From contig QPGO01000025.1 in assembly GCA_008632985.1 (NCBI GenBank), forward strand, positions 186,001 to 250,000: a DNA stretch of 64,000 nt, given 5' to 3'. This stretch comes from Psammoneis japonica (Eukaryota). Both the position numbers and the translations under genes were made by a program. Below, in pieces: positions 47,201 to 59,500 of the stretch (the stretch's first letter is position 1; every line of letters begins with the position of its first letter). The notes under the pieces were generated by a model that was given only the letters and a program-made list of their open reading frames with translations, made no database searches and was not told where the DNA came from.

Positions 47201-48626
47201 ACGGCGACGTGGATGATGCGATGAGCGCAATTACATTCAACGACGGTAAGGATCAAGAAGACGGTTCCGCCAAAGAGGAAAATAAAGACGAAAATAAAGA
47301 ACCGGAGGAAAATGGTGAAGCCGCAGCAACGGATGAAAAAGGAACAGAAGAGAACCAGGCTGAGCCAAAGACCAACGGCCACTCTACCGAGAACGGGGAG
47401 GCAGTGGTGAACGGCGACGCCGACAAAGCCGAAGAGAAGCATGAGGAGCCGGCTGACGACCAACCTCGTCATCGTTTTAAGGACTCTCTCTCTGCTCTTC
47501 AGATCGAGGAAGCGAAAGCTACGGGTAGAGCTCAGCTCGGGCTTGCATTTGAGCTTCTCACGATGATGAAGAAGCGAGGCCTAAAAGCTGATCCTGAAGC
47601 TTATCAGTGCCTAATCGACGCGTGTGGCCGCGTTGGTGACACAAAACGTGCTACGGAGCTTCTCGCCAGAATGCACGAGGATGGCATTGTTGCTGATGGT
47701 GTCGTCTACTCATGTCTAGTGTCGGCATTTTCTACAGAAAGTGCTTGGAAGCAGGCGTCGGGTGAGAAGGCGGAAGATCTCCCAGGTGAGTATCCATCTT
47801 TGCTTTGAATCGGTGACGAGTGCTAGCACTGGTTGCAAACATCATTCTAACGTCCTCCGCTTATTGTGACAAACGCTACACAGCCTGGGCGAACGGATCT
47901 TCAATTGAAATGGATTGGAACAAGCTTCGGAAGAGTTCCTTCCGCGACAATGTTAGAAAGCAGATCAATGCTCTCAGAGGCGTCAGCGAGGACGACGAAG
48001 ACTATGAAGATGCGGAGGGTAGTACAACTTACCAAAGGTTGCGAAGCCGCATGGCGAAAAGGAGAGATGCAAAGCGCGACAAACCCAAGCCTGCAATTGA
48101 TCCTTCGATGGAGTTTTATGTGACTGAACCTGTCGAAAGGCAGATTGAGCTGGGTGAGAATCTGCTAGAAATTGTCTATCCAGACATATCCGTGGATACG
48201 GACAACGAAACCTGCCCGCGCTGCAATTTCTTGCTCTCCGATGATGACGTGGTTGCTGGCTGGACCCCCGGTGACACTCAAGATTACATGACTTCGTGCC
48301 CGAACTGTATGCAGCGCTTTGTGCCCCACTTTTGCGTACAGAGCACGTCTCCCACCTTTATGGGATCCCGTGGCGCAGCGTCTGCACTCTTTTGTGAGCG
48401 ACTTTCCCCCTGGGTGTTGTTGAAAGAGATTCGCAGCGTCATGTCTGACCGAGAGGGAATCGAAAACCTGTTAAGTGCGGAATGGCGCGAGCAGGAGGTG
48501 AAGAATTCCGTGCTGTGGTGGAACTTGGTCTTGTCGTGCATGCGTTACCGTTTTCCTTTCACATTTCTTCTTCAGGGGAGCTTTGATCAGAATCTGATTG
48601 CTCCCATGCCAGAAGATGATGCGTAG
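44287..48626 (+). CDS. DENND4-like Rab GEF (uDENN-DENN-dDENN, PPR, C-terminal Cys domain); exons 44287-44676, 44757-45066, 45144-46771, 46861-47785, 47884-48626
   Basis: LVEYFVVV, RYP..FCHPSG, YGTCLT, PKCLVLLS, LERQVLL..WSHAYIPLLP..APMPFLCG, TQMFDDFI, PPR motif YQCLIDACGRVG, and CPRC..VAGW..CPNC..LSPWVLLKEI. Four in-frame GT-AG introns. Confidence 0.9.
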
Positions 48627-49391
48627 ACAATGGCACTGGTTGTTGTTAAATGCTGTTGTTAGGCGGCCGTAGATATAATTTTTAAAATCCACGATAGATC
48701 GAATTGTTGGTTGAAGCTGTTCTGGACCTGCCCGTAATCACCCTTGTCCGCAAGTAGTGTCTGTTATGCTGCCGTTTGTTCTCTAGATTTTCTTTAAGGG
48801 AAAAACACTACCTACTCTAGAAGAGTTGTGCTTGTTGCTACTACTGGTAGACCTAGCGCCCTTTGCTTTGACTCATCCTTTACACTAGGGCCTACCTTAC
48901 TTTTTGGTCCAAGCAAAATCGAACTTCACGTTGGCGACACAGGGTTTGGTCAAGACATTCAAATTTTGTCCATGTCTGTTAAAGGGACTTTTCAACGGAT
49001 AGTGAGTATCACAATTGTGAGTCGTTATCCTCTCGTTGTGAGCCTATGTGTGAAACACCCTCTATAGAAGGAGTGGATATTCGTATTTTCTTTAACAAAT
49101 ATATGTTGACGTTGATCATCATGCACAAAATGTCAGTTTCGGCGGGAACATCCAACATGTCATTGCTCATCATCAATTCCGAGACTAAGAACAGAGGCGT
49201 ACACCACCGGTACAACAACTAAAGCCTAGAGAGTGTCGCTTTGTTTGTATGGTATCTCACGCTCTATAGGTTCAGGTGTAAGTTAGTGTTCGACATTGAC
49301 TTCATCACGTTTGTTATCGAATCAGTGAGATCTGAATCAGCATTTCAACGAGAGCTTCTTCCGATTCAACTGCGACATTGCGAGAAGCGCG

Positions 49392-50709
49392 ATGACGGAA
49401 AATATTGCCGAAGAGTCGTCGCCATCGTCACCATTCAGCTCACCCTTTAGCAGTCGTCCGACGAGCCCGAATGAGACGATGCAAGAGCTGTCTGGAGTTG
49501 AAGTGGCGCCAGCAGAAGACTGCGACGCGGCCTTGGAAACCATAGATAGTTGCGTCGCGTTTGCTGACGGAGTCGGAATTCATGACCAGTACGAGTACGA
49601 AGAAAGACTAAGTCGACACGAAGAAGCAATCGAGAATCACGGTCTTAGTAACGAGGAGACTGCTCTTATTCGTCTACAAATAATGGAAGAGCAGAAAAAT
49701 CGAAACGGTGAGGATGCTGTATCCTCTTTTGCACTTCCCGAATCGCTCGACCTGAATCTTTGTGGAAACGATAATGACGATAGAGATGAGAAGGTGTCGC
49801 ATTTTTCTTCAACACAAGGGCGAAGAAAGACAGAGGATACACCTGTTTCTCATAGTCTTCTGGAAAATGAGAACGAAAACGCAAACTGTACCACGAGTCC
49901 TGCTTCTGTCGGACATACGTCGGTGCCATCCACAGCATTGACTTGTGCAATATGCTTTCATGGTGACGGGAGTGAAAGTCCGAACACACCATCTTCGTCA
50001 GTCACATTTGCCTATTTACCTTGCTGTGGCTCGAACGGGAGAGAACAAACAAGTACTACAAAAGTGTGCACCGCGTGCGTGCTGTTGCTTAGTAGTCCCA
50101 CAAATGATGGTTGCGAGAGAGTAGGGCGATGTCCAAGATGTCGTTCCTGGATTGCCGTGACTACAAAAGATGGAGCGGTCTCCGTTCGACCTTTGCAGAC
50201 TGCTGGAACCTGTAGCATTTGCTGTCAAGTCAAGGCTGTTCTCGTTGAGAACGAGCAAGTGTGTGACGCGTGCTTTCTTGGCAGGCAGCGCCCTCTGCTT
50301 TATGAGTGCCAACAGTGCTCTGGGGTTCAAAGGATACCTCACCCAATGTACCGATATCAGCCTGCTGTTGATCAGTTTGGGCGGACAACATGGGCGTGCA
50401 ATCAAGGTTGTATGACATTCACAAACTGGCGCATACTGCCTAGCCAAGTTCGGTGAGTCTAGCATTTCGTCTACTTCACTGGAGCTTGACGTCGGCCAAG
50501 TATCTTGCTGCATCAACTAATATCCTCGACCCTTGTTTATCTTGTAAAGGTTTATAGCTACAGGGGACACTCCTGATGAATGGGGAGAGAATTATCTTGA
50601 GGTTGCACGGGCGCGAGTGAGGGAGGCTCGTCTCGGCATTGGGGAAAATACTAATCGCAACACGCTTGGCGATCATCACAATGGCGACTGGAGTTGTGTC
50701 ATACAATAG
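49392..50709 (+). CDS. RING-like/Cys-rich zinc-finger protein; probable intron 50453-50549; ends CVIQ
   Basis: CAIC..PCC..CTAC..CPRC plus further CxxC pairs. Exon 2 reads RFIATGDTPDEWG...WSCVIQ-stop. Confidence 0.75.
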
Positions 50710-51272
50710 ACTGGGGCTGCATAGTACTGTACCATAGATTTGTACAAGTAGAAAGTAAAGCTTCCCTTTTGGATTCGGGAGACAGAACACTTCCTTAGAA
50801 TGTTTCTGTGTGTTTTCTGAGAAGAACGAGCCGAGTACTACTGTAGTTTCAGGGGTTGCGCTCCATGACATGATCTTTCTTCGAAATGTCCAGCTAGAAC
50901 TTGACGAGGATGGAACAGCCTCTAGCTACTCGTAGCTGGTCTCTACTAGCTAGCTAGCTAGCTAGCTACTTACTACTCTAGAGTAGAGAATAGAGCTACA
51001 TTTACTGTAGTAGCGGTCACCGGTCACGTCCGTCCAAGTCTCAAGTCGTGAAGCAAGGCAGGCAAGCAAGCAAGATACCGGTAAGATAGATAAGACACCG
51101 ACCGCTAGTGTCCGTGTGTCGTCCGGATTGGCTCGTTGAAGGAAATCCCAAAAGATACGCGCTCGCGTCATTTCGCGGGTGAACTTCTGCTGACGTAGAA
51201 ACTGTACCGAGTTCTACAGGCAATGCTTTCCCTCCAAATCTGCTCACTTTCTCGTCAAGTCCCCTGTTCACC

Positions 51273-51866
51273 ATGAAGCTCGCCATTCTTGCCTCTGTTG
51301 TCGCCGGTGCCGCCGCCTTTGCTCCTTCCAGCAAGGTTTCCACCGCCTCAACCTCCCTCAATGCCTTCGAGGGTGAACTCGGTGACCAGCCTCCTCTTGG
51401 ATACTTCGATCCCCTTGGACTTGTCGCTGATGGTGACCAAGCCAACTTCGATCGTCTTCGTTACGTCGAGATCAAGCATGGACGTATTGCAATGCTCGCT
51501 GTTGTCGGATACCTTGTCACTGAGGCCGGTATCCGTCTTCCGGGAAACATTGACTACTCTGGAACCAAATTCACTGACATCCCCTCTGGTTTCTCTGCCG
51601 TCGAGTCCCTCTCAGGAGGTGCCCTCGTCCAGCTTTTCGCCTTCATTGGATTCCTTGAGATTTTCGTCATGAAGGATATCACGGGAGGAGAATTCATTGG
51701 CGATTTCCGTAACGACTTCATTGATTACGGCTGGGACAAACTTTCTGCCGAGGAGCAGTTCGAGAAGCGTGCCATTGAGCTCAACCAAGGCCGTGCTGCA
51801 ATGATGGGAATCCTTGCTCTTATGGTCCACGAGAAGCTTGGTGTTTCTCTCATCCCTGGCAACTAA
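51273..51866 (+). CDS. Lhcf: Fucoxanthin-chlorophyll a/c binding protein (Lhcf-type)
   Basis: AAAFAP plastid signal, GYFDPLGL, RLRYVEIKHGRIAMLA, RAIELNQGRAAMMGIL. Confidence 0.97.
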   Translation: MKLAILASVVAGAAAFAPSSKVSTASTSLNAFEGELGDQPPLGYFDPLGLVADGDQANFDRLRYVEIKHGRIAMLAVVGYLVTEAGIRLPGNIDYSGTKFTDIPSGFSAVESLSGGALVQLFAFIGFLEIFVMKDITGGEFIGDFRNDFIDYGWDKLSAEEQFEKRAIELNQGRAAMMGILALMVHEKLGVSLIPGN

Positions 51867-52815
51867 ATTATTTCTTTTGGCTGTGCCATAGAAGAGGTTT
51901 AATAGATGTTGTGTAGTACACCACTAACATAAATGCCGTTTTGTCGCCAAACTGCCTATCTTATGCGACTAGCAGAGATCTAGGGCATTGCGCCCATGCT
52001 TGCGTCCCTGAATTACCGTCAATAATTGATCGTTGCGACAGTCCGTCGTTCACTGTGTTGTTTTGCGCAGTGTTTTGCTGTGTGTGGCTCACGCATACCG
52101 ACAGCAGTCGGGGTCTTTCGGTGCCGTCTACTATCATTCTGCAAGCGCAAACTTGCACTCTAGCGACACCGGGTAAAACCGGTAGGGTCTAGATGCCAGA
52201 TGATATCGTACCATCAGGGCCCTAGCTAGTAGAGAGGCTCTCTAGCTAGAGAGTAGCGTAGTAGGGCCCTAGCTAGCTAGAGAGAGGTCTCTACTCTAGT
52301 TAGAGAGAGAGAGTAGTAAGCTTTACGTACAGTACTCTCTCTTAGTAGCAGAGCTAGAGTAGTAGAGTAGATTAGAGATGATGCGATATGGATACTTCCT
52401 CAGTAGGGCTAGGGTCCTCTAGGCCTAGTAGATAGAGATGATAAGATAGCTGTGATTAGTGTTCAGTGTCTTGCCGTCGTCGTCTTCTGCGAAAATAATT
52501 AGTACTCATATCCATAGACAATTCAATGCAGCGAATCCACTCTGACCAAAGAATGGCGGAACCCGAACCCCCGTAACGTCTCGAGCGCATCTTGGAGGCA
52601 ATCACTTTTTTCAGGGCGGGAGATCTCCAAAGCACCGCAATCAACACCAAGGGCCCGCGCTTCAGGTGCAGATGCACTCAAAGACGAACAAAATTGAAAC
52701 AGTTGTTGAAGAAGATGGCGGGAAATGAAACGAACCTGGTGTTTCTTCCAACTTGAAACTGATACTAAACGAGAAAGTGCTACTTCCATCTAGCTGAGAG
52801 GCTCTTTACTACACC

Positions 52816-54687
52816 ATGGGGCAGCGCAATTCGAAGTCGAAGCCAAAGAAAAAGCATCAGGAACAAACTCGAAGATGCGAGCACATGTCAGAAAGTTCAT
52901 CGTCATCCCGCCTCGTTGAAAACCAAAGCGAGCGAGAAACCATGTCGGCATGGATCCGAGAAGATGTTCGAGTTACCGATGTGTACAATGTGGGGCAAAT
53001 AATTGGTCATGGGCACCTTGGAATCATAACAGTTGTCACGAGAAAGAAGACAGAAAACGGATTCAGTGAACACCATCGTAGCGAATCCAACAGTTCGTTC
53101 ACTTCTTTTCGATCAATCTCCTCTCGTCACCGACTTGTGTCGTCTGAAAGGTTTCCCTCAGGATACTCAATCGATGAGCCAGGATCTCCAGGAAGAAAAC
53201 GGTATGACAAGCCCCGAATGTACGCTTGCAAGACAGTTTCTACAACGAGAATGCAGGCAGGGCAGATGGAAGAGTTACTCAACGAGGTGCGTATCATGAG
53301 AGAACTTGATCACCCAAATATTCTACATTTGTTTGAAGTATACCAGATGAAAAGAAGGATCTGGCTCATAACAGAGTTGTGCACAGGCGGGTGCCTGTTT
53401 CGAAGGATTGACACGAATACCGAGCTGGATGTATGCCTTGTGATGGAGCAAATCTGCCGTGCTATTACCTACATGCACCGGCGGGGAGTGTGCCACCGAG
53501 ACTTAAAGTTGGAAAATGTGCTTTACGAGCATGAAGGTCCAGATGCAAGCGTCAAGCTCATCGACTTTGGGCTCTCCCAGAAGTTCACCCGAGGCACCAA
53601 GATGCTCAGAGCGGTTGGTACTGTGTATTCTGTTGCTCCAGAGCTAGTGAGAAACGAAGGATACACAGAAATGTCCGACATCTGGTCTATTGGTTGCTGT
53701 GCTTTCGTGCTCCTTTCTGGTGGGAAGTTTCCCTTTTTATATGACCCAGAGGAGATTAATCAAGAGGAACCAAGGCAACGCCTCCTGGAAGCGGAATACT
53801 CTTTTGGACCCGAATGGGATGAGCGCAAAATATCACCCGAAGGCAAAGAGCTGGTGCGTTGCTGCTTAAAGAAGGAACCTACCGACCGATGGACTGCGTC
53901 GGAGATGTTGGACTTTATTCGCAACGAATGGGAACCCGAAGTTGAAGGTTCCGAGCACAGACTGGAGCAAATCCTGGAGGTCAAGGCTTCAAATCATTTT
54001 GACGATGGGATACCCGAAGAGGTCAGTGCCATGAGAGTAGCAGGCATGCACAAATCCACTTCTTGCAGAGTTCTTGAACGTCGAAGACAGCGAAGAGTGG
54101 AATCAGAAACGCTGCAAGGAATGAAAGAATTTGCGTTGTACGGCCAGCTGAAGAAGCGAGTACTAATGATTATGGCGCACACAATGGACAAATCCAGTCT
54201 TGGTGAACTGAGTGAACTTTTTATCACGTTAGATTCGGATGGAACGGGAACAATCAGTATGAAAGAGATGAGAGATGCGGTTCAAGCGATGTATGATGAG
54301 AAAATTCTTGCTGAATTTACGGAAGAGGATATTGACGACATGTTTAGGGGAATTGATCTCGATCGATCTGGTCAAATTCATTATGCAGAGTTCTTGGCCG
54401 CGGTGCTTGAGTCTCAAGATTTGATAACTTTGGAGTTGCTAGGCGAAGCATTTGATCGTATCGACACGAATAAGAAAGGCTACATTTCACGAGATGACTT
54501 GAAAGCCATACTTGGAAGTGACTACGACGAAGAACTGGTGAATCGAATGATGAGGGAGGGAGACTTCAAGCACAATGACCAAGTGGACTACGACGAGTTT
54601 CTGAACTTGATGTATGAGGATCCCGCCTATAGTGACTTGCTCAACATGGACTTGCGAAGCAGCGAAAGTTTCGGCCCGCATGTATAA
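52816..54687 (+). CDS. Calcium-dependent protein kinase (kinase plus 4 EF-hands)
   Basis: HRDLKLEN, IDFG, APE, DIWSIG; EF-hands DSDGTGTISMKE, DLDRSGQIHYAE, DTNKKGYISRDD, DFKHNDQVDYDE; N-terminal MG. Confidence 0.95.
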   Translation: MGQRNSKSKPKKKHQEQTRRCEHMSESSSSSRLVENQSERETMSAWIREDVRVTDVYNVGQIIGHGHLGIITVVTRKKTENGFSEHHRSESNSSFTSFRSISSRHRLVSSERFPSGYSIDEPGSPGRKRYDKPRMYACKTVSTTRMQAGQMEELLNEVRIMRELDHPNILHLFEVYQMKRRIWLITELCTGGCLFRRIDTNTELDVCLVMEQICRAITYMHRRGVCHRDLKLENVLYEHEGPDASVKLIDFGLSQKFTRGTKMLRAVGTVYSVAPELVRNEGYTEMSDIWSIGCCAFVLLSGGKFPFLYDPEEINQEEPRQRLLEAEYSFGPEWDERKISPEGKELVRCCLKKEPTDRWTASEMLDFIRNEWEPEVEGSEHRLEQILEVKASNHFDDGIPEEVSAMRVAGMHKSTSCRVLERRRQRRVESETLQGMKEFALYGQLKKRVLMIMAHTMDKSSLGELSELFITLDSDGTGTISMKEMRDAVQAMYDEKILAEFTEEDIDDMFRGIDLDRSGQIHYAEFLAAVLESQDLITLELLGEAFDRIDTNKKGYISRDDLKAILGSDYDEELVNRMMREGDFKHNDQVDYDEFLNLMYEDPAYSDLLNMDLRSSESFGPHV

Positions 54688-54893
54688 AGACTCCACCATG
54701 CATTCTGCACTACGTTGAGAGGCGAATGTTTGTCGGCTTTTTGTTGTTGTCTATTGGATTTATGGTTTGATACGAGAAGACATCGCCCTATTGAAACGCC
54801 GGTGTCCTGCACGGTACTTCTTGTTGTTAGTGGATATTGAACATATGTGATTTGTTAAATTAAGACTTTGCATTCTGTTTCTCTCACGACAAC

Positions 54894-56285
54894 TTATGGC
54901 GAAAGTACACTAAAGAACGCCAAGGCAATAAACGTTGCGATAGCATAGCCAATATTACCAACCAAAAGAGACGGCGCAACGAGAGAATTCCATTTGTTTG
55001 CCTGTGCTAGTGCTGCAGCTGTTGCAGGACCCCCAATAGCTGCAGAGGATGCAACCAAAAGTCTCTGTGGCAAGAATGACGATTCTCGACTATTCACGTC
55101 ATCAGTTGTGTTCCCTTGCCGTCGGCTTTGGTAGAAAATGCGGTGACAGAACGCCAGTATGCTACCATGAACACCATACAGGATGGAGAGAAAGAGGCCA
55201 AGAGGCACCAGTGAAGCTTTCACTGACTCGGCTACTGCCAATCCTGGGGCCCCGGCCGTGGCAAAAAATAGATACAAACAACACGTCCCCAAGACATGGG
55301 CAGCAGGCTGAAGAGGCTGCATCCAAGAAACAGGAGCTACTGATGCCAGAAGTACCGTCAGCACTGTGCAACACGGTAATGCACCGGAAGGTCCACCTAC
55401 GCGTTCACCGAACCAAGTTGCAAAGGCGGCAAGAGACAATACAATTGATGTTTGCTCAATGGTAATGACACCCGGTTGATCAGGGTCTAAGGCACCCCCG
55501 TTTAGAATCTCCTGTTCTTTGGCTTCCACGTCCGGTCGTCCTGCTGCCAGTGCACTTGTCATGGGAAAGTACACTAATGCAAAAATGTTGTCCACGCACA
55601 GCCCCGCCGCTACAGCTGGTGGACTTGCCGATAGAGATCGACAAACAGCAATGTAATTGATACCTCCACCAATGTTCTTGGCCAGTAGCGCAGCCGCGAT
55701 GACCAGTCCATCTCTAGGACCCAGGGCCCGCTGTAGACCCCTCCCGCAGACGCGCCAGCCTACAATACAGGCCACAAGCGTGGCCATGGCGGCACACAAA
55801 AACGCCTGCAGTAAGGGCCCACATCGTGATGCACAATCGCGTAAATCAGCACCCAGGAGCAACAGAGGAGTAGCAAGTTGGAGCGACAGCAACTGCAGTG
55901 ATTTAGCAGCCGTTGTCCCACCCGGTGCCAACAAGCCCGTGCTTGCAAAAGTAAACGCCATTGCCATTGCTGTAACCGGGGCCCCCAACAAACGACCTAT
56001 TCTCGTGCGTTCACCAAGAAATTGTGCTGCTGTTGCTGTGCCAATCATCGCGGCATAGTTTCCCCAGGTATCTGTTGGTGAAATCAGAGAGAAGTTGTCT
56101 TTCAAAAGCAGTTTGCATCGTGTCGTTGGCGACAAAGAAGTCTTTTTTCGAGTTTGTTGTGAAATATTGCACCGGTGGCGAACTTTGAGTCGACTTTGCG
56201 TCCGCGACCGAACCATCAAGCAAGGCGAGAATCCCTCCACACAGAAACTCGCACAACCCACGAAACAAAACACCCGCCATCTCAT
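54894..56285 (-). CDS. DUF819 family multi-pass membrane protein, probably plastid-targeted
   Basis: LATPLLLLGADL, NIGGGINY, ASSAAIGGPATAAALA, LLVGNIGYAIAT; signal-like N-terminus ending VEGF. Confidence 0.88.
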   Translation of the reverse strand: MRWRVFCFVGCASFCVEGFSPCLMVRSRTQSRLKVRHRCNISQQTRKKTSLSPTTRCKLLLKDNFSLISPTDTWGNYAAMIGTATAAQFLGERTRIGRLLGAPVTAMAMAFTFASTGLLAPGGTTAAKSLQLLSLQLATPLLLLGADLRDCASRCGPLLQAFLCAAMATLVACIVGWRVCGRGLQRALGPRDGLVIAAALLAKNIGGGINYIAVCRSLSASPPAVAAGLCVDNIFALVYFPMTSALAAGRPDVEAKEQEILNGGALDPDQPGVITIEQTSIVLSLAAFATWFGERVGGPSGALPCCTVLTVLLASVAPVSWMQPLQPAAHVLGTCCLYLFFATAGAPGLAVAESVKASLVPLGLFLSILYGVHGSILAFCHRIFYQSRRQGNTTDDVNSRESSFLPQRLLVASSAAIGGPATAAALAQANKWNSLVAPSLLVGNIGYAIATFIALAFFSVLSP

Positions 56286-56599
56286 GATGCAGGAAAGAAG
56301 GTGATACGTAGAGCTTAAGGTACAGGCTGTGATCTATCTGAAGCCGCAACCATCAGTATCGCCATTCGTCATCCCTCATCATTTCGATCCAACATACCAA
56401 AACCAAAACGCGCAAGAAGAAAACCGGGATCCGAGTCACGTTCGTGACTAAAATGGCGGGAAACCAGGGCATGACGAATGACGACCTCCACAGAGACGCA
56501 ACTTGCACAGAGTTCAATGTTGGCAAAGAGGTGTGCGAGCAGCCAACATGGTATGGTCCAAACAGGGAATGGCAAAATCACCAGCTGTACAAGTTATCC

Positions 56600-59500
56600 A
56601 AAGCTTGTGAGCACAAAGGAATTTCACATCTGCAAAACAAGAATCATGATCCCTTCTTCATCAGTGGTGTCCTCCTCGCCATCGCTGGTGCTGGTGACCT
56701 CCCCACTGGCTGAGGCACCTGCCATCTGTGCCTGCAGCATCTGTGCCTGCAGCTTGAAGTGGCAATGAGAGGGCAAGGTGGCTCAGGATGCTCCAAGCTC
56801 ATGAGAGCTTGGGAGAGTGCTGCACCAAGAAGAGCGGATCCACACACACTGCTGACTTGGCAGCGAGCGGGTTTAGAGCAAAACGCTTTGATGCCCAAAG
56901 CTTGCATGCCACCAGCAGGCAATGAAGCCAGAGATTGAAGTCATGTTTGAATGGACAAGCAAAAAAAGGAGGCAACAGATCAAAGTGCACAAGCTGTTGC
57001 AGCAGCAGGCCTTTCACTCGCAGCAGTCGAGGTGGGCAGGTGGATGGGGGCTGCATTGCTTTTGCTCAAAGTGCAACCACGATGCAACTGAAAGGCCAAG
57101 TCATGATCAACCATTGCCAGGTCAGATGAAATTGGGACAGTGGTGGCCAAACCGTGTGGGTCAGGCTTGCCTGAGGAGCTTGCAAATTGATCCTGTGGTG
57201 TGAGATCTGCCACAAAATCAGAAGGGAGGAACAGTGCCACTGTGGCAGGCAAACCATTGGTGGAGAAGGAACAGGGTCAGACCAGACAGCATCTGTGCTC
57301 ATTGAGGCAAGGCTCTCAGCCAATTGCTTGGGGAGAGCAATGTCTGCTGCCCAAATCTAGCCAATGAACAGGAGGTCAACAAGGCATGGCAGCAGTTGAA
57401 AGATGCGCGGCACACTGCACAGCAGGAAACTCTTGAAGTTGCCTGTGCATCCATGAGTGAGGTCAGAACAGGGCAATCCATGGATGCACACTGAGCAAGG
57501 GTGGGGGCATGGCTGTTGATGAGCACTCAAGCTGGGAAAGCAATGAGGCTTGCAAGGCATCCAGACAGCATGATGGATGGCACTGCCAGCCAAGACAACA
57601 ACAAGCCAGGGCTGTCAAAGGACCAGGCTGCTGAAGATGCTTTGCAGCAGTTGACCACAGGGTTGAAAGGTTGCTGGGCACCAAAACATGGCCAGGGCCC
57701 AAGGTGGGCACAGCTGACCAACCCACTGGGACAGAGACAGACTCCTCTTGTGCAGAGACATTGTGAGCCTGTGAGGACAACTGCTGAGAAAGAGTGCATG
57801 TTGCCGCAGTGCAGAGGCAGCATGCAAGCAAGTGCACACCTGCACAGGTGCGCCACTAGAAAGCATGGTGGCATGATTTGAGCAGCATGCCTCAGGGGAA
57901 TGAAGGCAAACACAGTCATTGGCAAGGAGCCAGTTGGGTTGGGAGGGCTGCTGCACAGCAGTGGTCAGATTGTTGGTGGTGGCCAAGAGGCCCAAGGCAA
58001 TGATGGTGGGCATGGTTGTCACAATGCAAATCCTGATGAAGACCACCTCACAGTTTTGAGAGCTGAAGTGGCTGACCACACTGGGACTCACTGGGATGGG
58101 AGACCACCAGGATGGCCAAAACCATCCACTCCAGAACAGAGAAGTTGCCAACAAGGATGTGAGCAGACCATTTCCAAATTTGGCCACAATGGCCATTGAA
58201 GCAGATGCTGGTTGGCATTGCTTCCTTCCTCTGTTGCATTGCTTGCAGGCACCCTCATTGCGCACCTCTTTGCATCCACCTTCTCTGGTGCTGACCTGCT
58301 CTGCTCTGGTCAATTTGGCACTTGGCATCCATGGTGGACTTTCTTGTCCACCCTGTCCACACCAACATTGAATGCTGTCCTCTTCCCATTCTCAACCCCT
58401 TCAGCAACTGTGCTTTGCTTCACCTGCGCCAAGAGCCATGAGACCATGCTGTCTCCAAGAACCACATCAGACACACATGTCACCTGTGCTGCCATCACCG
58501 CACCATGACCACCATCATCATGACTGCCCCCCTCATCCCCTTGGAGGTCTCCACCACTTTCAACAGAATGTCTTGCTCAAACCCACAGCCCTGCACCCTG
58601 ACCACCCCTTGAAATCCCAGCCAATGTTGGCACACAACTCATCTCTGGCTCCACCCTCCCTGGTGGTGCCCGCTGCCTCTGTGCATCTTTTCTGGGCCAA
58701 CAAGAAGGTTGCAGTGCCTCCAGCCCCTCCCTGCCCTGCACCTGGTTTGCCTGCCCCTGACAACCTCCTTGCTGAGGCTTGCCTCAGCAGCACTTGGAAC
58801 AAGCTCCTGGGGTGCAATGCTCCCTCTGTCAGGCTTGTTCCAGCCCCAGGTGATGAGCAATCCATCATGTGAGAGGCCAATTTTCTGTGCAGTTTGGCGC
58901 ATTAAACTCCTTCTAATTTGATCGTTTCAAAAATCAAAAGATGAGTGCACACACAAAAAACAAAAATTTTGTGTGCACTCACCCTTTGATTTGGGAAAAA
59001 ATGATTTTGAAGGAGTTTATTGCGCTGAAAAAAAAATGGGCTGTGATGGGAATCAAGCCTGTGCGCATCACCTGGAGCTGGAGCAGGCCATCAGCAGCTC
59101 ATCTGCCAGCTCCACCACCAACCAAGCCAGCCTCTTTCTCCTCCCTTTCATCATCAACCACCTTGGTGGAGTTGATTGCCATTTCTGCACCTTCTTCTTT
59201 GGAAACTCCTGCACCCCCTCCTCTTCTGCACCCCTCATCCATGCAAAGTTTCCTCTCCTTTCCTCTTGTCCTTGATTGCTTGCCAAACCTCCCTGCTTCC
59301 CATGCCTGCAAGTCTCCTTGCTCAAGTCAACTCAGCCTGGAAGCAACCATTCTCCAACATCTTTGCATCCTCCCACCACTCATCTGCCCCCCAAGCCTGG
59401 GCTGCCCAACTTCTCAGCCTCGGCTCTGGAGCTGCCTCTCCAAAAGCCTTTCTGCCGTTCCTTCCTCCCTGCCTTTTCCTGTCCATCTGTCTGTGCATGA

